A stretch of 63,308 nucleotides of DNA, filler included, from Reclinomonas americana ATCC 50394 (Eukaryota): NCBI GenBank assembly GCA_048213135.1. It is 5 parts of 4 records of this genome, joined end to end, with 100 filler letters (N's around TTAATTAATTAA, not from the genome) between each part and the next. Parts side by side here need not be neighbours in the genome. Positions count along the whole stretch, not along the records: positions 56,927 to 63,308 come from PS015397.1; 4 more parts are not named here. One strand, given 5' to 3'. The notes under the pieces are model-generated. The model worked only from the letters and a program-made list of their open reading frames with translations. It was not told the DNA's origin and searched no databases. Below, in pieces: positions 63,193-63,308 of this stretch (its first letter is position 1; every line of letters begins with the position of its first letter). The position numbers and the translations under genes were made by a program.

Positions 63193-63232
63193 GCGGAGCA
63201 GCAGCAACAGCAACAGCAGCCGCCGCCTGCAG
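62577..63232 (+). CDS. Ankyrin-module gene, continues beyond the window
   Basis: ATGAG 62577-62581, exon 62655-63232 ending QQQQPPPA at a phase-1 G|GTGTGA donor, as in the kinase-linked paralogue. Confidence 0.85.
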
Positions 63233-63254
63233 GTGTGATTTCGCGCAGACCTTT

Positions 63255-63308
<54 letters not shown>

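Overview
Intron-rich, GC-rich-coding eukaryotic draft scaffold, probably from a flagellated protist (it has TMEM231 and a CEP192-like gene). It has many N gaps, four artificial N44-TTAATTAATTAA-N44 joins and abundant (GA)/(CT) low-complexity introns. Genes reconstructed by eye: an ankyrin/coiled-coil/IRAK-Pelle-like kinase (truncated at the window start), TMEM231, an orphan gene, a class II eIF4E, a 20-kb CEP192/Spd-2-like gene, PP2C fragments, a kelch-repeat protein, an SLC35F transporter, the C-terminal half of a radical-SAM protein resembling archaeal tetraether synthase (Tes/GDGT-MAS), further ankyrin-module genes and an omega/DHAR-like GST. Three signals stand out. (1) About 12 of roughly 75 placeable 5' splice sites read N|GTTGCG(T), a one-base-shifted version of the local G|GTGCGT donor. 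(2) An intron-containing Tes-like radical SAM gene. (3) A family of five ankyrin cassettes with a fixed framework, hypervariable binding-face residues and a shared exon architecture; one is fused to a Pelle-like kinase and two look like mutually exclusive exons. All family assignments come from motif recognition without database searches, and all splice sites are inferred from reading frame, not transcripts.
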